From NCBI GenBank assembly GCA_963575745.1, contig CAUYUJ010000203.1, forward strand, positions 124,001-188,000: a stretch of DNA of 64,000 bases, written 5' to 3'. This document shows positions 39,801-53,387 of this stretch, one piece after another. The number at the start of each line of letters is the position of its first letter. Positions within the stretch are counted from its first letter, which is position 1. The notes beneath the pieces are model-generated. The model saw only the letters and a program-made list of their open reading frames with translations. It was not told the origin of the DNA and made no database searches. The translations under genes and the position numbers were made by a program. The stretch is from Prorocentrum cordatum. Taxonomy: Eukaryota.

Positions 39801-42800
39801 CAATTGGCCTGATAGCTTGGCCAAGCTGTGGCCCAGCTGTCGGCCACGGAGGCGCTTCCAAAGGGGCAGGGGGCGGCGGTGATTCGCCGTAGGCGTCTTC
39901 GATCCGCCGCCCCCTGTTGCTTGCAAGAGGGCTGCCTGGCGTGCTAGACCCTTTCGGTTTTTGGTGTTCGTTCTTTTCCAACCGAACTCCCCCTGGGCCT
40001 CCGGCGCGTTCCGCCAGCCAATCCGGAAACAAATATTCAAACATGGTCCAAGATGGCCTCCAAGAATGCCACGTTGGCCTAAGATGACCTCCAAGATGGT
40101 CCAAGATGGCCTCCAAGTCCGCCCAAGATGGTCCTTGACGGCCTCCAAGACGGCCCAAGAGTCCAAGATACCTCCAAGGTCGCTCGAAGAGCCTCCAAGA
40201 CGGCCCAACACGACCCAAGAGGCCTCCAATAGGCCCTCCAGAAGGGTCCGAAGAGGCAAAAATCATTGATTCTCCATACGTTTTTGAAGGATTTGGGCAT
40301 CTTCCTTCTTCTTGGCATTCCGACGGCTCAAGACGGCCCAAGAGGCCCCCAAGATCGCCCCAAGATCGCCCACGAGGCCTCCAAGATGGCCCGATGACGG
40401 CCTAAGAGGCCCCCAAGACGGCCCCAAGACGGGCCAAAAGGCCTCCAAGACGCTCAAGATGGCCTCTAAGGGGGCCCCGAAGCGCCCCAAGAGGGCCCCA
40501 AGTCGGCCCAGAGAGGCCCCCAAGACGGCGTCAGACGTGCCAGGGACCCACCAAGATAACCGACGATGGCCCTAAGATGGCCCAAGACGGCCCAAGAGGC
40601 CTCCAAGAGGGCCTCCAGGAAGGCCAGAAAAGGCCCAAACCATTTGTGTTCCCTGGGTTTTGGTGGCAGGATTTTAATATTTGCTTCTTTTCGGCATTCC
40701 GACGGCCCGAGATGGCCCAAGAGCCCCCACAGATCGCCCAAAGATCGCCAAAGAGGCGTCCAAGATGGCCCCAGAACGGCCCAAGAGGCCCGCAAGACTG
40801 CCCAAAGAGGCCCCCAAGACAGCCCAGGAGGCCTTTAAGACGCCCAAGGTGGCCTCCAAGACGGCCCTGGAGCATTCCAAGAGGGCCCCGAGTCGGCCCA
40901 GAGAGGCCGCACAAACGGCTTCCGACGGCGTCGCCAGGAGCCCACCAAGACTGCCGAAAATGGCCCTAAGATGGCCCAAGACGGCCCAAGAGGCATCCAA
41001 GAGAGGGCCTCCAGGAGAAAGGCCCGAAAAGGCCAAAATCTGTGATTTCCCATAGGTTTTTGAAGGATTGTGGCATTTGCTTTTTGTTCGGCCTTCCAAC
41101 GGCCCGAGACGGCTAAAGTGCCCCCAAAGATCGCCCAAGAGGCCCAAGACGGCCCCAAGAGGCCCCCAAGACGGCCCAAGAGGCCTCCAAGACGCTCAAG
41201 ATGGCCCACAATGCGGCCCAAGAGCCCCCCAAGACGTCCTCCAAGGAGGCTCGAAGGGGTCAAAATGGCCTCCAGACGGCCAAGAGGACTGACTTTGAAT
41301 ATGCCCACGTGTTCCCCGAAGGCTTTCCGAACCGATTCGGGGAGCACATGGTCCGATAGCTTGGCCGGTCTGGCCGCAACGTTCGGCCACACAGACGCCT
41401 TCCAACAAAAAGGCAGGGGGTCGGCGAGCCCTCGCCGCAATTAGGCGTCCTCGATCTGCCGCCCGCGGTTGATTTCTCGCCGGGGCGCCTGGCGTGCTAG
41501 ATCCTGTGCGGCTGTTGGTGTTCGTTTTTTGTTCCAGCTCCTCCTCCTCCTCCCCCTCCTCCTCCTCCTCCTCCTCCTCGTCCCTTAGGGGCTTCGGCAG
41601 AGCGCACAGGCCACCCGGAAGATGTACGTGCCGATGCCTTTTCGCGCCCAAGATGGCCAGACATGGACTCCAAGCTGCCTCGCCGACGACCAGGATGGCT
41701 TCCAAGATGGCTTCCAAGAGGGCTCCAAGACGGCCCCAAGAAGCCCCAACGTGGTCCCAGGATGCACCCAGGACGGCCCCAGATGGCCTCAAGATAGCCC
41801 CCGCGGCGGTCTAGAAGGTTCGCAAGAGGCCCCCAGGAGGCCTCCAAGACGGCCCAAGTGGTCCCCCAAGAGGGCCCCCAGGACGGCCCGAAGAGACCCA
41901 AATCATTGATTTCCCTTAGATTTGTGCTGAAGGATTTCAGCATTTGTTTCTCTGCGGCCTTCGACGGCCCTGAACGGCCGAGCCCCCAGAGATCGCCCCA
42001 ACGTCGCCGCCCAAGAGGCCTCTAAGGTGGCCCCAGAACGGCCCAAGACGCCCCCAAGAGGGCCCCCAGAGGGCCCCAAGACGGCCCCAGATGCTTCCAA
42101 GACGCCCACGATGGCCTCCACACTGGCCCAGGAGCACCCCAAGAGGGCCCCAAGTCGGTCCAGAGAGGCCCCCAAGACGGCCTCCGACGGCGTCAGACGG
42201 GCCAGGACTGCCCGGGGGAACACATGGACCGATAGCTTGGCAGAGCTCTTGCCACGACGCTCGGCCACGTGGGCGATTCCACAAGGCGCATCTTCGATCT
42301 GCCGCCTCCTGTGGTTTGCCACGGGGGTGCACGCAGTGCTGCACTTTGGGTGGTTTCTGGTCCCTGCAGACTCCCCCTGGGCCCCCGGCCCGATCCGCTG
42401 GCCACCCGAAGCACTCCCAAGTGTGGATCTCCATGGGCCCCCTTTCGGCTCGAAGACGGCCAAGGTGGCCTCCAGGGTGGTCTCAAAGACGCCTCCAAAA
42501 GGGCGAAGCAGGCCCCGAGAGAGACCGAGGTGGCCCAAAGATGAGTCCAAGACGACCCACGATGCACTCAAGACGGCCTGAGATGGCCCAAGGCGTTCCA
42601 AGAAGCTCCAATGGGGCCTCCCAGGCGTCCCACGAGGCCGCCGAGAGGACCCACAGGAATGCCCGCAGCGGTCAACCTTATTGATTTTCCGGCGGTTGTT
42701 TATTCAGGTTTTCGCATTTTGCGCCTTTTCGGCCTTCGAAGACCCAAGATGGCCCAACAACCCCCCAAGGTCGCCCCAAGATCGCCCAAGAGGCCTCAAA

Positions 42801-45800
42801 GATGACCCCATGGTGGCCCCAGAGGCACCCAAGCCAGCCCCGAGAAGGCCCAAGACGGCCCAAGAGACCTCCAAGACCCTGGAGCGCCCCACGAGGGCGC
42901 CAAGTCGGTTCAGAGAGCCCCCAAGACGGCTCCCGACGGCGTCAGACGGGCGAGGAATCTACTATAAGTCGGCCAAGACGGCCCAAGAGGCCTCCAAGAG
43001 GAACCCCGGGACGGGCCAGCCGAGCGATGCGGCCCGCGCAAGCGGCGACTCGAGACGACCGTGGCCCTCGAAGCCCGAAGGCCTTGGCGGCAGCAGCAGG
43101 GCCTTCCCTGGCGCTGCTGCTGCGACTGAGAACGGCAGTATCTGCTCGTCCCAGGAGTTGGAGTGCACGAGCAGAGGGCGAGCAGGAGGAGGGAGGACTG
43201 CGGGAGACGAGGGCAGGGGAGGGGATCGGGGCTCAAGAGGCGGGGTCAATGCAAACGGGGGTCAGCAGCCAGAGCGTCGGACGTTGAAGGATCCCGCAGA
43301 GCCAGAGCTGCATTGAACCGGAGTAGGGTGCAGGAACCTTCAAAGCCTGACCAACCCGGGTTTGGATTGGCCAGGGTCAGTACAGTGGAACCGATGCCAA
43401 GAAACACCCTGCTTGCCTCCAGGGTGCCGTGAGTTGATTGGGTTTCGATGGTTATGCTATGGCGAGCGCGAAGCTCCCAGACCCATCCAACAGCCATCGA
43501 AGAAGCCATCCGACAACCGTCCAGCAACCTCGAAACCATCAAACAACTCTTTGCACAACCAGCCATCAAAAGATCCATCCGAGAACCTTCGGTGGTCAAA
43601 CAGCAGCGATTCCCAGAAAGAGGCCGGGGGAACGGGCGCGCGGCGCGCATGCACCGCATCGCAGGGGGCGGCCAAGGGCAGACGCACGCGCAACCGCGGC
43701 CGTCTCCCTGGGCGTCGCCGCCGCGCCCCGCCAGCCGCGCCCCGCTCCGCAGCGGTCGGGGCGCAGTGCAAAGTCGAGCAGCGGCGAAGCGTCCCGGCTC
43801 ACCCAGAGGCCTACTAACAGATGTTCTAATACACCCTTTCGTGGTCTGCACGAGCTGTGCTTAGAACATGTCTGGCTGGGACTGTCTTGTTTTCTCACGT
43901 CGGGCTTATGTTCGAAGAACATTGTTTTTCTTACTAGAACATCTTGGAGATCTAAGAACATGTCGTGGTCGGCCTATAAGAATCCCGCGACGACCGGTCC
44001 CTGCTCCAAAACGGGGGTCAGCCAGAGCACCCGAAATCTCGCAGGATCCTGCAGGGCCAGGGTCGCATGGACCCGGGTCTGGGTTCCGAGGCGGGAATGT
44101 ATCCATAGCCATCGCGGACCTCCACAGGCGGTGGATATGGACATATTCGGGCCCCCAGGGGCCAAAATATATCCATATCCACCGGCCGCCGGGGCACCAG
44201 GACGTCGGTTTCCAGGCGGTGGATGTGGATACATTCCCGCCTCGCATGGGTGCAGCATCCTGCAGGAGCCTGCAGGATCCTGCAACGCCCGACTGGCCCG
44301 GGCCTGGACGGACCTGGGCCAGCAGATCCCCGAAGCGGGCGGCTCGCGGTGCCGCGGGGGCGGGGCCGCGGGCCGAAGCTGCGCCCCCGGGGGGCCGCGG
44401 GCGGCCGAGGCTCCTCGGCTGAAGGGCAGAGCCCTGTCCGTGGGGCGGCCTTCATGCTCCATCCAGCCTCCTGCCTCCTGCCTCTCACTCCTCTCCCCCC
44501 CTCCCCCCCCCCCTCCTCATCATCTTCTTCTTCTTCTTCTTCTTCCTCCTCCGCTTCCTCCTCCCTCCTCTTCCTGCTCCTCCTCCTCCTCCACCCTCCT
44601 CCTCTTTCTCCTCCTCCTCCTCCTCCTTCTCCTCGCGCTGGGAGCCCACCGTCGCCGAGCTGCAAAAGGCGGGGAGGCGTAAGGCTTGAGGGCGCCAGAG
44701 TTCGGGGGTGCCGGCGCTTTCTGGCAAGCGCGTCCTAGGCTTCGGCGGCCCTCTTTGTTCGTGAGGTGTCTGCAGCGGGAGCTCGCGTCGAATTTCAGAG
44801 TGGGTCTCGTCCTTCTCCTAACGGCCCCGTCAGGCCAGTCCGAGTCCTCCGAGCCCGAGTGTTGCGTCTCTCCGACTACCAGGGGACGGGGCTGAGTAGC
44901 AGGTCGACCCTGCCAGATCAAGGGTACCTTTGTGTCTTGTGCTTCGCGGCCCATGCTTTCTGCATTCCTATGGCAACGTTGCCCTCGGAGGGGTCTTCTT
45001 CTGTCCTCGTATCAGGCGGGTGGCAAGGGGGGGTGACCCAAATGGAGGGTGACGAAAAGGGATCTAAAAGGAACCCGTTCCGACCCCTTTTGGCCCCCCC
45101 AAGAGGGGCCCCAAAGGGCCTTCTCATGATCCTGTTCGCCGCCCGCCGTGTACGTCACCTCCTCTTGCCGCCACCCGCCCGACTGCAAGAGACGGGCCTC
45201 AGTGCACACATGGGTTTCGATTGAACGGCAGTTTCTGCTCCTCCCAGGAGCTGGGGTGCACGAGCTGCAGCTGCAAGAGGGCGAGCAGGAGGAGGGGGGA
45301 CTCCTGGAGAAGAGGGGAGAGGAGGGGATCGGGGCTCAAGAGACGGGTATCAATGCAAAACAGGGGTCGGCCAGAGCGCCAGAGCGAAAGTGGTACGGAA
45401 AGAGCGGGTGATTACGAAGACCGACAGCAGGTCTTGTCCGTGGGCAAGATTCGTTGTCGGCGTCGCCGCGGACAATGTCAATTTTGAGACAGGAGGCCGC
45501 TTGCCAAACAGCGGCCGTTGACAGTTTGTGGCAACATTTGCTAATGGGCATCATACCGGAGTCCGAAGCTTACCATCGCCGATCCACGATTCGGCCAATT
45601 CGGTGGGCCTCGGGGGTAGGATTCGGAGTCTGCCGAACGCGTGGCGAAACATCCGAGCCCGACCCTGAGCCCCCGATCGATTCAGGAGCATGGCAGGGTT
45701 GGGATGCCGCCGCCCACTCAGGGGCAGCGTTTGGGGAGGATCGGCTGTCCGGGGGATCGATCCTCGGAGGCCTGAATGGATGTATGGATGCATGGAGATG

Positions 45801-48465
45801 GATGCAGGACACAGGTCGAGGATCCTGACGAGAATGCTGTCGAACATCATGTCGAGGATCCTGTCGAGGATCCTGTCGAGGATGCATGGTATGCATCCCC
45901 TCGGAGGCCTCTCGGCAGGCGACGGGACGTGGGGATTTGCAGGATGCCGTCGGGCCCCCTGGGGTGGCCGAGCTCATCCACGTCCGCCGCCGGCCGAGGT
46001 CCTCGAAGGTCGCTCCCCCACGAGGAGGAGGAGGAGGAGGAGGAGGAGGAGGAGGAGGAGGAGGAAGACCAGGAGGAGGAGGAGGAGGAGGAGGAGGAGG
46101 ACCAGGAGGAGAGGAGGAGGAGGAGGAGAGGAGGAGGAGGAGAGGGGAGGGGAGAGGGAGAGGGAGAGGAGAGGGAGAGGGAAAAGGAGGAGGAGGAGGA
46201 GGAGGAGAGGGAGGAGGAGGAGGAGGAGAGGGAGGAGGTGGACCAGGAGGAGGAGGAGGAGGAGGAGGAGGAGGAGGAGGTGGAGGAGGTTGAGGAGGAG
46301 GAGGAGGAGGAGGAGGAGGAGGAGGAGGAGGTGGTGACGTTGGGGAGGGGATGGGCTCAGGGGTGGACGCAGCAGCCCCAAATCGCCCACTTGTCGCCGA
46401 TCGGGGCCCGATTGTCTGCCCTGCCCGGGAACGAGCGTTTTCGCTTTCGGGGGGCCTATCGCCGGTCCATCGGCGCCGTACCTCGGTGGCGAGTCTGGGG
46501 CGACGTGAGAAGGGGCGAGCCTTCTCAGAAGTCTCGGGAGTCCCTCGGCCTTCTGAGGGGTTTCCTATAAGCCTTCCCCGGAGGCGCGGGGACCTTCTCC
46601 GAAGGCGTTCGGGCTCCTGAGAAGCCCCGCCGCCTTCTGAGAAGGCCTTCTCCTTCTCGTTCCCCCCCCTCGCTCGCTGCCGAGTATCGCTAATTCCAGC
46701 TCGATGGATCCCCCCCGAGCTGGATCCGCCCTAGCGCTGCCCCTCACAGGAGGAGGGAGCGCGAGGAGGGGGAGGGGTCGGGAGGCGGACAGGGCGGGGG
46801 AGAAGGAGGAGGATGAGGATCAGGTGGTGAAGGAAGATATGGGTGCGCTGAGCATGAGCGGATTGAGGTGGAAGATGGAGAGCATATGGAAGACGCAGCA
46901 GGATGAGAGGCAGGGATCAAGCCAAACGGTGTTTTGTAGCGATTTCGTGGACCGTTTGCGTTTTGAGTTCGCTTCACAGCAGAGGCGGAACGAAAACAGA
47001 CCGAAGGATAACGAACACAGAACTGAGTAGATCGAGCACTGTGCTGAGCGTGAGCGAATCGAGGTGGAAGATGGAGAGCAGATGGAATCTGGAGCAGGAT
47101 GAGAAAGGGGGGCGAGGAGAAGGAGGAGGAGGGGGGCGAGCGGGTGGCGGGGGGGCACGCGGGAGGTGCGGAGGGCCCCTGGCCCCAGGTCGAGATCGTT
47201 TACACCACGTACAACCCCCATCTCAACTCCATGACGCTGACCTTTATCAATTTCTTCATGAACCGAGCAGGCGTGGCCCTGCCCACGCTGGCCGCCGCCG
47301 CTGCCTGCCGCGACCCCAGGTTCTGAAAGCAGCTCCCCGTGCCGAGCAGGTCCTGGGGACGCCACTTTTGCAGACAGACAGGTCCTGGTCGAACCAGCCA
47401 TGCCTCCCAGATGGGGTCGGAGGATCGAGCCGCATCGGCGGTGCATCGTCGATGCGGTTCGATTCGCAGCTCGATATTCTCCACCCCGACGTCGCCGATG
47501 CATCGCACACGTCGCTGATGCATCGACGAAGCATCGCCGATGCGGCCAGATCCTTCGACCCATCTAATCTTAAGTCGGGCCTGCCCCTTTACAAGAGGAG
47601 TATTCAAACTAGTCTAGGGAGTTTGCTTTCCCTACCTAGGCTCTGCCTAGAAGGGTTCTTACTCGGTTTGCTTAAAGGGCCGGGCAGTGGGGCCCGCCCC
47701 GGGCGGTTCCCCCGGCATCCGCTCCGCGGTTCCCCCAGTGACGTTTCTTTAGCTTAGCGTTGCTTATCTCATCTTAGCTTAGCTTATTTCATCTTAGCTT
47801 AGCTTAGCTTCATCTTAGCTCAGGTGTATCTTACCTTATCTTACCTTCATCTTAGCTTCTCTGAGCTTTAGCATAGCACAGCACAACATATCATAGCAGA
47901 GCGTAGCACAGCACAGCGCAGCACAGCATAGCGCAGCATATCATAGCAAAGCCTAGCATAGCACAGCATAGCGCAGCATAGCATAGCATAGCATAGCATA
48001 GCGCAGCACATCACATCGCAGCATAGCACCGCGCAGCACAGCAGAGCACAGCATAGCACAGCAGCAAAGCAAAGGCAAAGCAACAGCAGCGACAGCAAGG
48101 CAAAGCACAAGCAACGCAAAGCAAAGCAAACACAAAAGCAAAAGCAAAGCAAAGGAAAGGCAAAGGAAAAGCAATGTGCGACAGATGCCGAGCTGGCCTC
48201 GATGGCCGGACCGGAGCCCCCGCAAGCAGTGCCTTCCGTAACCATTTCGGCTCAAGTCTTAGTTTTAGCTTAGCTTTACTGTTACTTCTAATGCTGCTTT
48301 CCTAGGGGCTCCAACTCCTAGGTAGGGTCGCACTGGGATAGTGATGAAAAATGTATATTTACATATTGTTGATTATTTATCAGAGTGAGGGGGCCGAACG
48401 GACATTCATTGTCCCCAGGTGCGTAGCTGAATAGGGAATGTGTGGTGAAAATTATGCATGTTGCG

Positions 48466-48497
<32 letters not shown>

Positions 48498-49747
48498 GCT
48501 GTTGCTGTTGCTGTTGCTGTTGTTGTTGTTGAACTCTCATTCTTGAAGAATAAGTATTGTTGATCACCCCACACAGGTGCACATTGATTTGTTTCAATTG
48601 AAGTGCCCCCCTTTTGGTCAAAGAAAGTCTTCCTGCTCAAACTGGCCCCCTGCCCCCCGGACTGCAACAACAACGGCTCCCGCCTGAGACGTCCTCACAA
48701 TTTAGCAAGGACCCCCGCTCCCGCCCGAGACTTCCTCGCATTTTATTCAGGAATCGCGCTCTCGCTTGGGACTTCCTTACAATTCATTCACGAATCGCTC
48801 TCCCGACCCTCTGGAGTCGCGCTTTCGCTGGAGACGTGCTTGCAATTTACTGAAGAATAGCGCCCTTGCGTTGGAATTTCTTGCAATTTACTCCAGCGCC
48901 GCGCTCCCGACACCCAGGCACCCAGGAGTCGCGCTCACGCTTAGGATTCCCTTACAGATTACCTAGGATCTCGCTGCCCTTCGTGACCCCGTTGCAGCCC
49001 TTCGTGACCCCCTCGCTTTGTTTCGTGGCCCCGCTGTAGCCCTTCGTGGCCCCCTCGCTTTGTTTCGTGGCCCCGTTGCAGCCCCTCGTGGCCTCCTCGC
49101 TGCCCTTCGTGGCCCCGCTGTAGCCCTTCGTGGCCCCCTCGCTGCCCTTCGTGGCCCCGTCGCAGCCCCTTCGTGGCCCCCATCGCTACCCTTCGTGGCC
49201 CCGTCGCAGCCCTTCGTGGCCCCGTTGCAGCCCTTCGTGGCCCCGTCGCTGCCCTTCGTGGCCCCGTTGCGGCACTTCGTGGCTCCCTCGCTGCCCTTCG
49301 TGGCCCATATATGTATGCCCTTCGTGGCCTCCGCTCGTTCGCGCCCGTGGTTGCCTGATATGCATGCCCTTCGTGGCCCCCTCGCTTTGTTTCGTGGCCC
49401 CGTTGCTGCCCTCAGTGGCCCCGTTCTTACCCTCCGCGGCCCAAAATACGTATGCCCTTCGTGGCCCCCGCTCGGTCGCGCCCGTTGTAGCCCCATGTGC
49501 ATGCCCTTCGTGGCCCCGCTGTCGCCGTGTGTGGCCCCCATCACTGTCCTACGTGGCCCAATTGCTACCTTCAGTGGCCCCATCGTTGCCTTCTGTGGCC
49601 TCGCATTATCTGCCTTTCGTGGCCCCCGCTCGTTCGCGCTCTTCGTGGCCCCATACGCATTCCCTTCGTGTCCCCGCTGTCGCCCTTCGTGGCCTACTTC
49701 GTGTCCTTCGTGGCCCTGCTGTCGCTCTCTCTCGTTCTCGCTTTCGC

Positions 49748-49779
<32 letters not shown>

Positions 49780-50054
49780 GCCGTCGCCGTCGACGTCGTC
49801 GTCGTCGTCGTGGTCGGTCCCCTGTCCGTCCCTTTGGGGGTCGGGTCGACGGTCCGCGGCCGCCCCGCCGATCAGCGCTGCCGCTGGCCAGGCCGACGGT
49901 ACGCGGCCGCCCCGCCGCTTGCCGGGGCCCGGCCTGCAGGGAAGAAAGGTACACCCCCCAAAAGGGGTTCGATCGAAGACGGCGGGTATCGAGGGTTTGG
50001 GAAATACGCGTTATTGGACACTCGAGCAGATAAAGGCGAACAGTCTCAAAATGA

Positions 50055-50133
<79 letters not shown>

Positions 50134-53100
50134 TGTTGTTGTTGCTGTTGTTGTTGTTGTTGTTGAACTCTCATTCTTGAAGAATAATTATTGTTGATCA
50201 CCCCACACAGGTGCACATTGATTCGTTTCAATTGAAGTGCCCCCCCCGGGGCTCGCACCTTGTTTTTTGTCAAAGAAAGTTTTCCTGCTCAAACTGGCCC
50301 CCTGCCCCCCGGACTGCAACAACAACGGCTCCCGCCTGAGACGTCCTCACAATTTAGCAAGGACCCCCGCTCCCGCCCGAGACTTCCTCGCATTTTATTC
50401 AGGAATCGCGCTCTCGCTTGGGACTTCCTTGCGGTTTATTCAGGGATCGATATTCCTGTGCTCTGGAGTCGCGTTCTCGCTGGCGACTTGCTTGCAATTT
50501 ACTGAAGAATAGCGCCCTTGCGTTGGAATTTCTTGCAATTTACTCCAGCGCCGCGCTCCCGACACCCAGGCACCCAGGAGTCGCGCTCACGCTTAGGACT
50601 CCTTCACAGACTACCTCAGACTCAGGATCTCGTTTTGTTTCGTGGCCCCGCTGTAGCGTTTCGTGGCCCCCTCGCTTTGTTTCGTGGCCCCGCTGCAGCC
50701 CTTCGTGGCCCCCTCGCTTTGTTTCGTGGCCCCGTTGCAGCCCCTCGTGGCCTCCTCGTTGCCCTTCGTGGCCCCGTTGCAGCCTTTCGTGGCCCCTTCG
50801 CTTTGTTTCGTGGCCCTGTTGCAGCAGCAGCCCTTCGTGGCCCCCTCGCTGCCCTTCGTGGCCCCGTTGCAGCCCTTCGTGGCCCCGTTGCAGCCCTTCG
50901 TGGCCCTCTCGCTGCCCTTCGTGGCCCCGTTGCAGCCCTTCGTGGCCCCCTCGCTTTGTTTCGTGGCCCCAGATATGTATGCCCTTCGTGGCCCCCGTTT
51001 GTTTGCGCCCGTGGTGGCCCCATATGCATGCCCTTCGTGGCCCCGCTGTCGCCCTTCGTGGCCCCCCGCTTCCCTCCGTGTCCCCGTTGCTGCCTTCAGT
51101 GGCCCCGTCCGTACCCTCCGCGGCCCAACATACGCATGCCCTTCGTGGCCCCCGCTCGGTCGCGCCCGTTGAGGCCCCATGTGTATGCCCTTCGTGGCCC
51201 CGCTGTCGCCGTGTGTGGCCCCCTCATTGTCCTACGTGGCCCAGGTGCTACCCTCAGTGGCCCCATCGTTGCCTTCTGTGGCTCGCATTATCTGCCCTTC
51301 GTGGCCCACGCTCGTTCGCGCTCTTCGTGGCCCCCATACGCATTCCCTTCGTGTCCCCGCTGTCACCCTTCGTGGCCTACTTCGTGTCCTTCGTGGCTCT
51401 GCTGTCGTTCTCTCTCGCTTTCGCTCGTCGTCGCCGTCGCCGTCGTTGCCGTCGTCGTCGACGTCGTCGTCGTCGTCGTCGTCGTGGTCGGTCTCCTGTC
51501 CGTCCCTCTTGAGGTCGGGTCGACGGTCCGCGGCCGCCCCGCCAATCAGCGCTGGCCAGGCACGGTCCGCGGCCGCCCCGCCGCTTGCCGGGGCCCAGCC
51601 TGCAGGGAAGAAAGGTATACCACCCAAAAGGGGTTCGATCGAAGACGAAAAGGGCGGGTATCGAGGGTTTGGGAAATTCGCGTTATTCGACGCTCGAGCA
51701 GATAAGGGCGAACAGTTTTAAAACGATTGTTGTTGTTGTTGTTGTGGGTGGTGGTGGTGGTGGTGGTGGTGGTGTTGTCGTCGTCGTCGTCGTTGTTGTT
51801 GTTGTTGTTGTTGTTGAACATTATTCCTTCTAAAGAATTATTATTGTTGGGACCCCTGGTGCGCGACCTCTGCGCCGCGCCTAGGCCGCAGCTACATTTT
51901 CATCATTTTTTCGCGAAAGCTTCAGAAAAGTGGATGAGCTCCGGATCCGGTTTTTTGTTGACGCTCGTTTTCCCTTGCAAAAAACAATAGAAAATGAAAA
52001 TTCTTGTTTTTACTTGATCAAATTGCAAGAATCCCTTGCAAAAAATAAGGTAAAGTGGACATTCGTGCGCGCAAGACGAAATCCTTCCAAAACCTTAGGT
52101 TTCGTAGCGATTTTAACATAAAAACATCAAAAACCCAATGGTTTTCTCAGAAAAAATTGTCAAAATGTCCTTCCGCGCGCTCTTGCGGATTCCTAGGAAA
52201 CCCACCAGATTTTAAACATTTCTGTTAAAAGGGCCTTTGCGAGGAACCTTTTCAGGTGCTTCGACCTTCTGCAACAACGGTTGCGAGCCTACGAGGGCCA
52301 CCATCCCTTGCAAAAAATGACACGAAGTGCACATGCGCGCGGCCGCCGCGCGCGCGTGCCGAAATCCTGCCAAACATAATGTGATTTCAATAATTTCAAG
52401 ATGCGATGTTCCGAAAACATATGCAAACGCAAGACTTTCTCATCCGAAAAATATCAAAATCCACCCGCGGGCTCTTCATGAATCTTTAAAACCCACGATC
52501 GTCCGCGCGCCACGAAGTGAAGTGTCCTGACGTCATAGGGCGGGAAGCTGGGTGTGGGTGGTTCCCGAGAGTCGTGTGGATGTTTGGTAGAGCTTGCATT
52601 GCCCCCCCACGAAGTGGGGGTATTGGCTGGCGTCGCATGAAAACCCTGGCACTGGGGAGAACACTGAGCGTTCGGGTAAAATGATTGTTGTTGTTGTTGT
52701 TGTTGTTGCGTCGTTGTCTTTGTTGCTGTTGTTGCTGTTGTTGTTTTTGTTGTTTTTGTTATTGCTGTTGCCGTTGCTGCTGTTGTTGTTGTTGTTGGTG
52801 GTGGTGTTGTTTTGGTTGTTGCTGTTTGGTGTCATCGTCCCACCCGCGACCCACCCGCGACCCACACCGCGACCCACCCCGCGACCCACCCCGCGCCCCG
52901 CCCCGCGACCCACCCGCGACCCACCCCGCGACCAACCCCGCGACCCACCCGCGACCCACCCCGCGACGCAACCCGAGACCCACCCACCCTCCAGGGAGGA
53001 GAAGCTACCCGGACCTGACAATGGACGTTTACGGAACGGCCTTGGGCGTGTGCGCCCTGCCCCGTTCGATCCGTTCCTCGCGTGCGTTCACTGAACGGCT

Positions 53101-53349
53101 TCGCTTGCCGGGGGTGATTTTTATGGGGTGGACGTTCTGCCCGACCCACCCGCGACCCATTTGCGACCCACCCGCGACCTACCCACACATAGGTTGTAAC
53201 GAAAAAGTCGGCGCCTGCGGCGGCGGGCTCGCTGCATGATGTTTGGAGTTTTGGCGCCTGCGGCGGGCTTCTCCAGAGTCTCGCAAACTGCCGACGTCCC
53301 CACCGCCCCCTTACTCTTACCCGCATCTGCGGGGTGCTACGTTTTTTGT

Positions 53350-53387
<38 letters not shown>

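Noticed and set aside
37740..43000. CRISPR-like or coding reading of the CCAAGA array
   Set aside because: Degenerate tandem units without a constant repeat and unique spacers; no cas genes; eukaryotic context
47745..47870. Telomeric repeat
   Set aside because: (CTTAG)n pentamers, not TTTAGGG arrays
48100..48400. Functional SL RNA gene or SL-5S rRNA cluster
   Set aside because: No GT after the leader, altered Sm site, and no recognisable 5S sequence nearby
49018..51705. 350-395 aa overlapping ORFs
   Set aside because: Stop-free readings of the CTTCGTGGCCCC minisatellite in all frames
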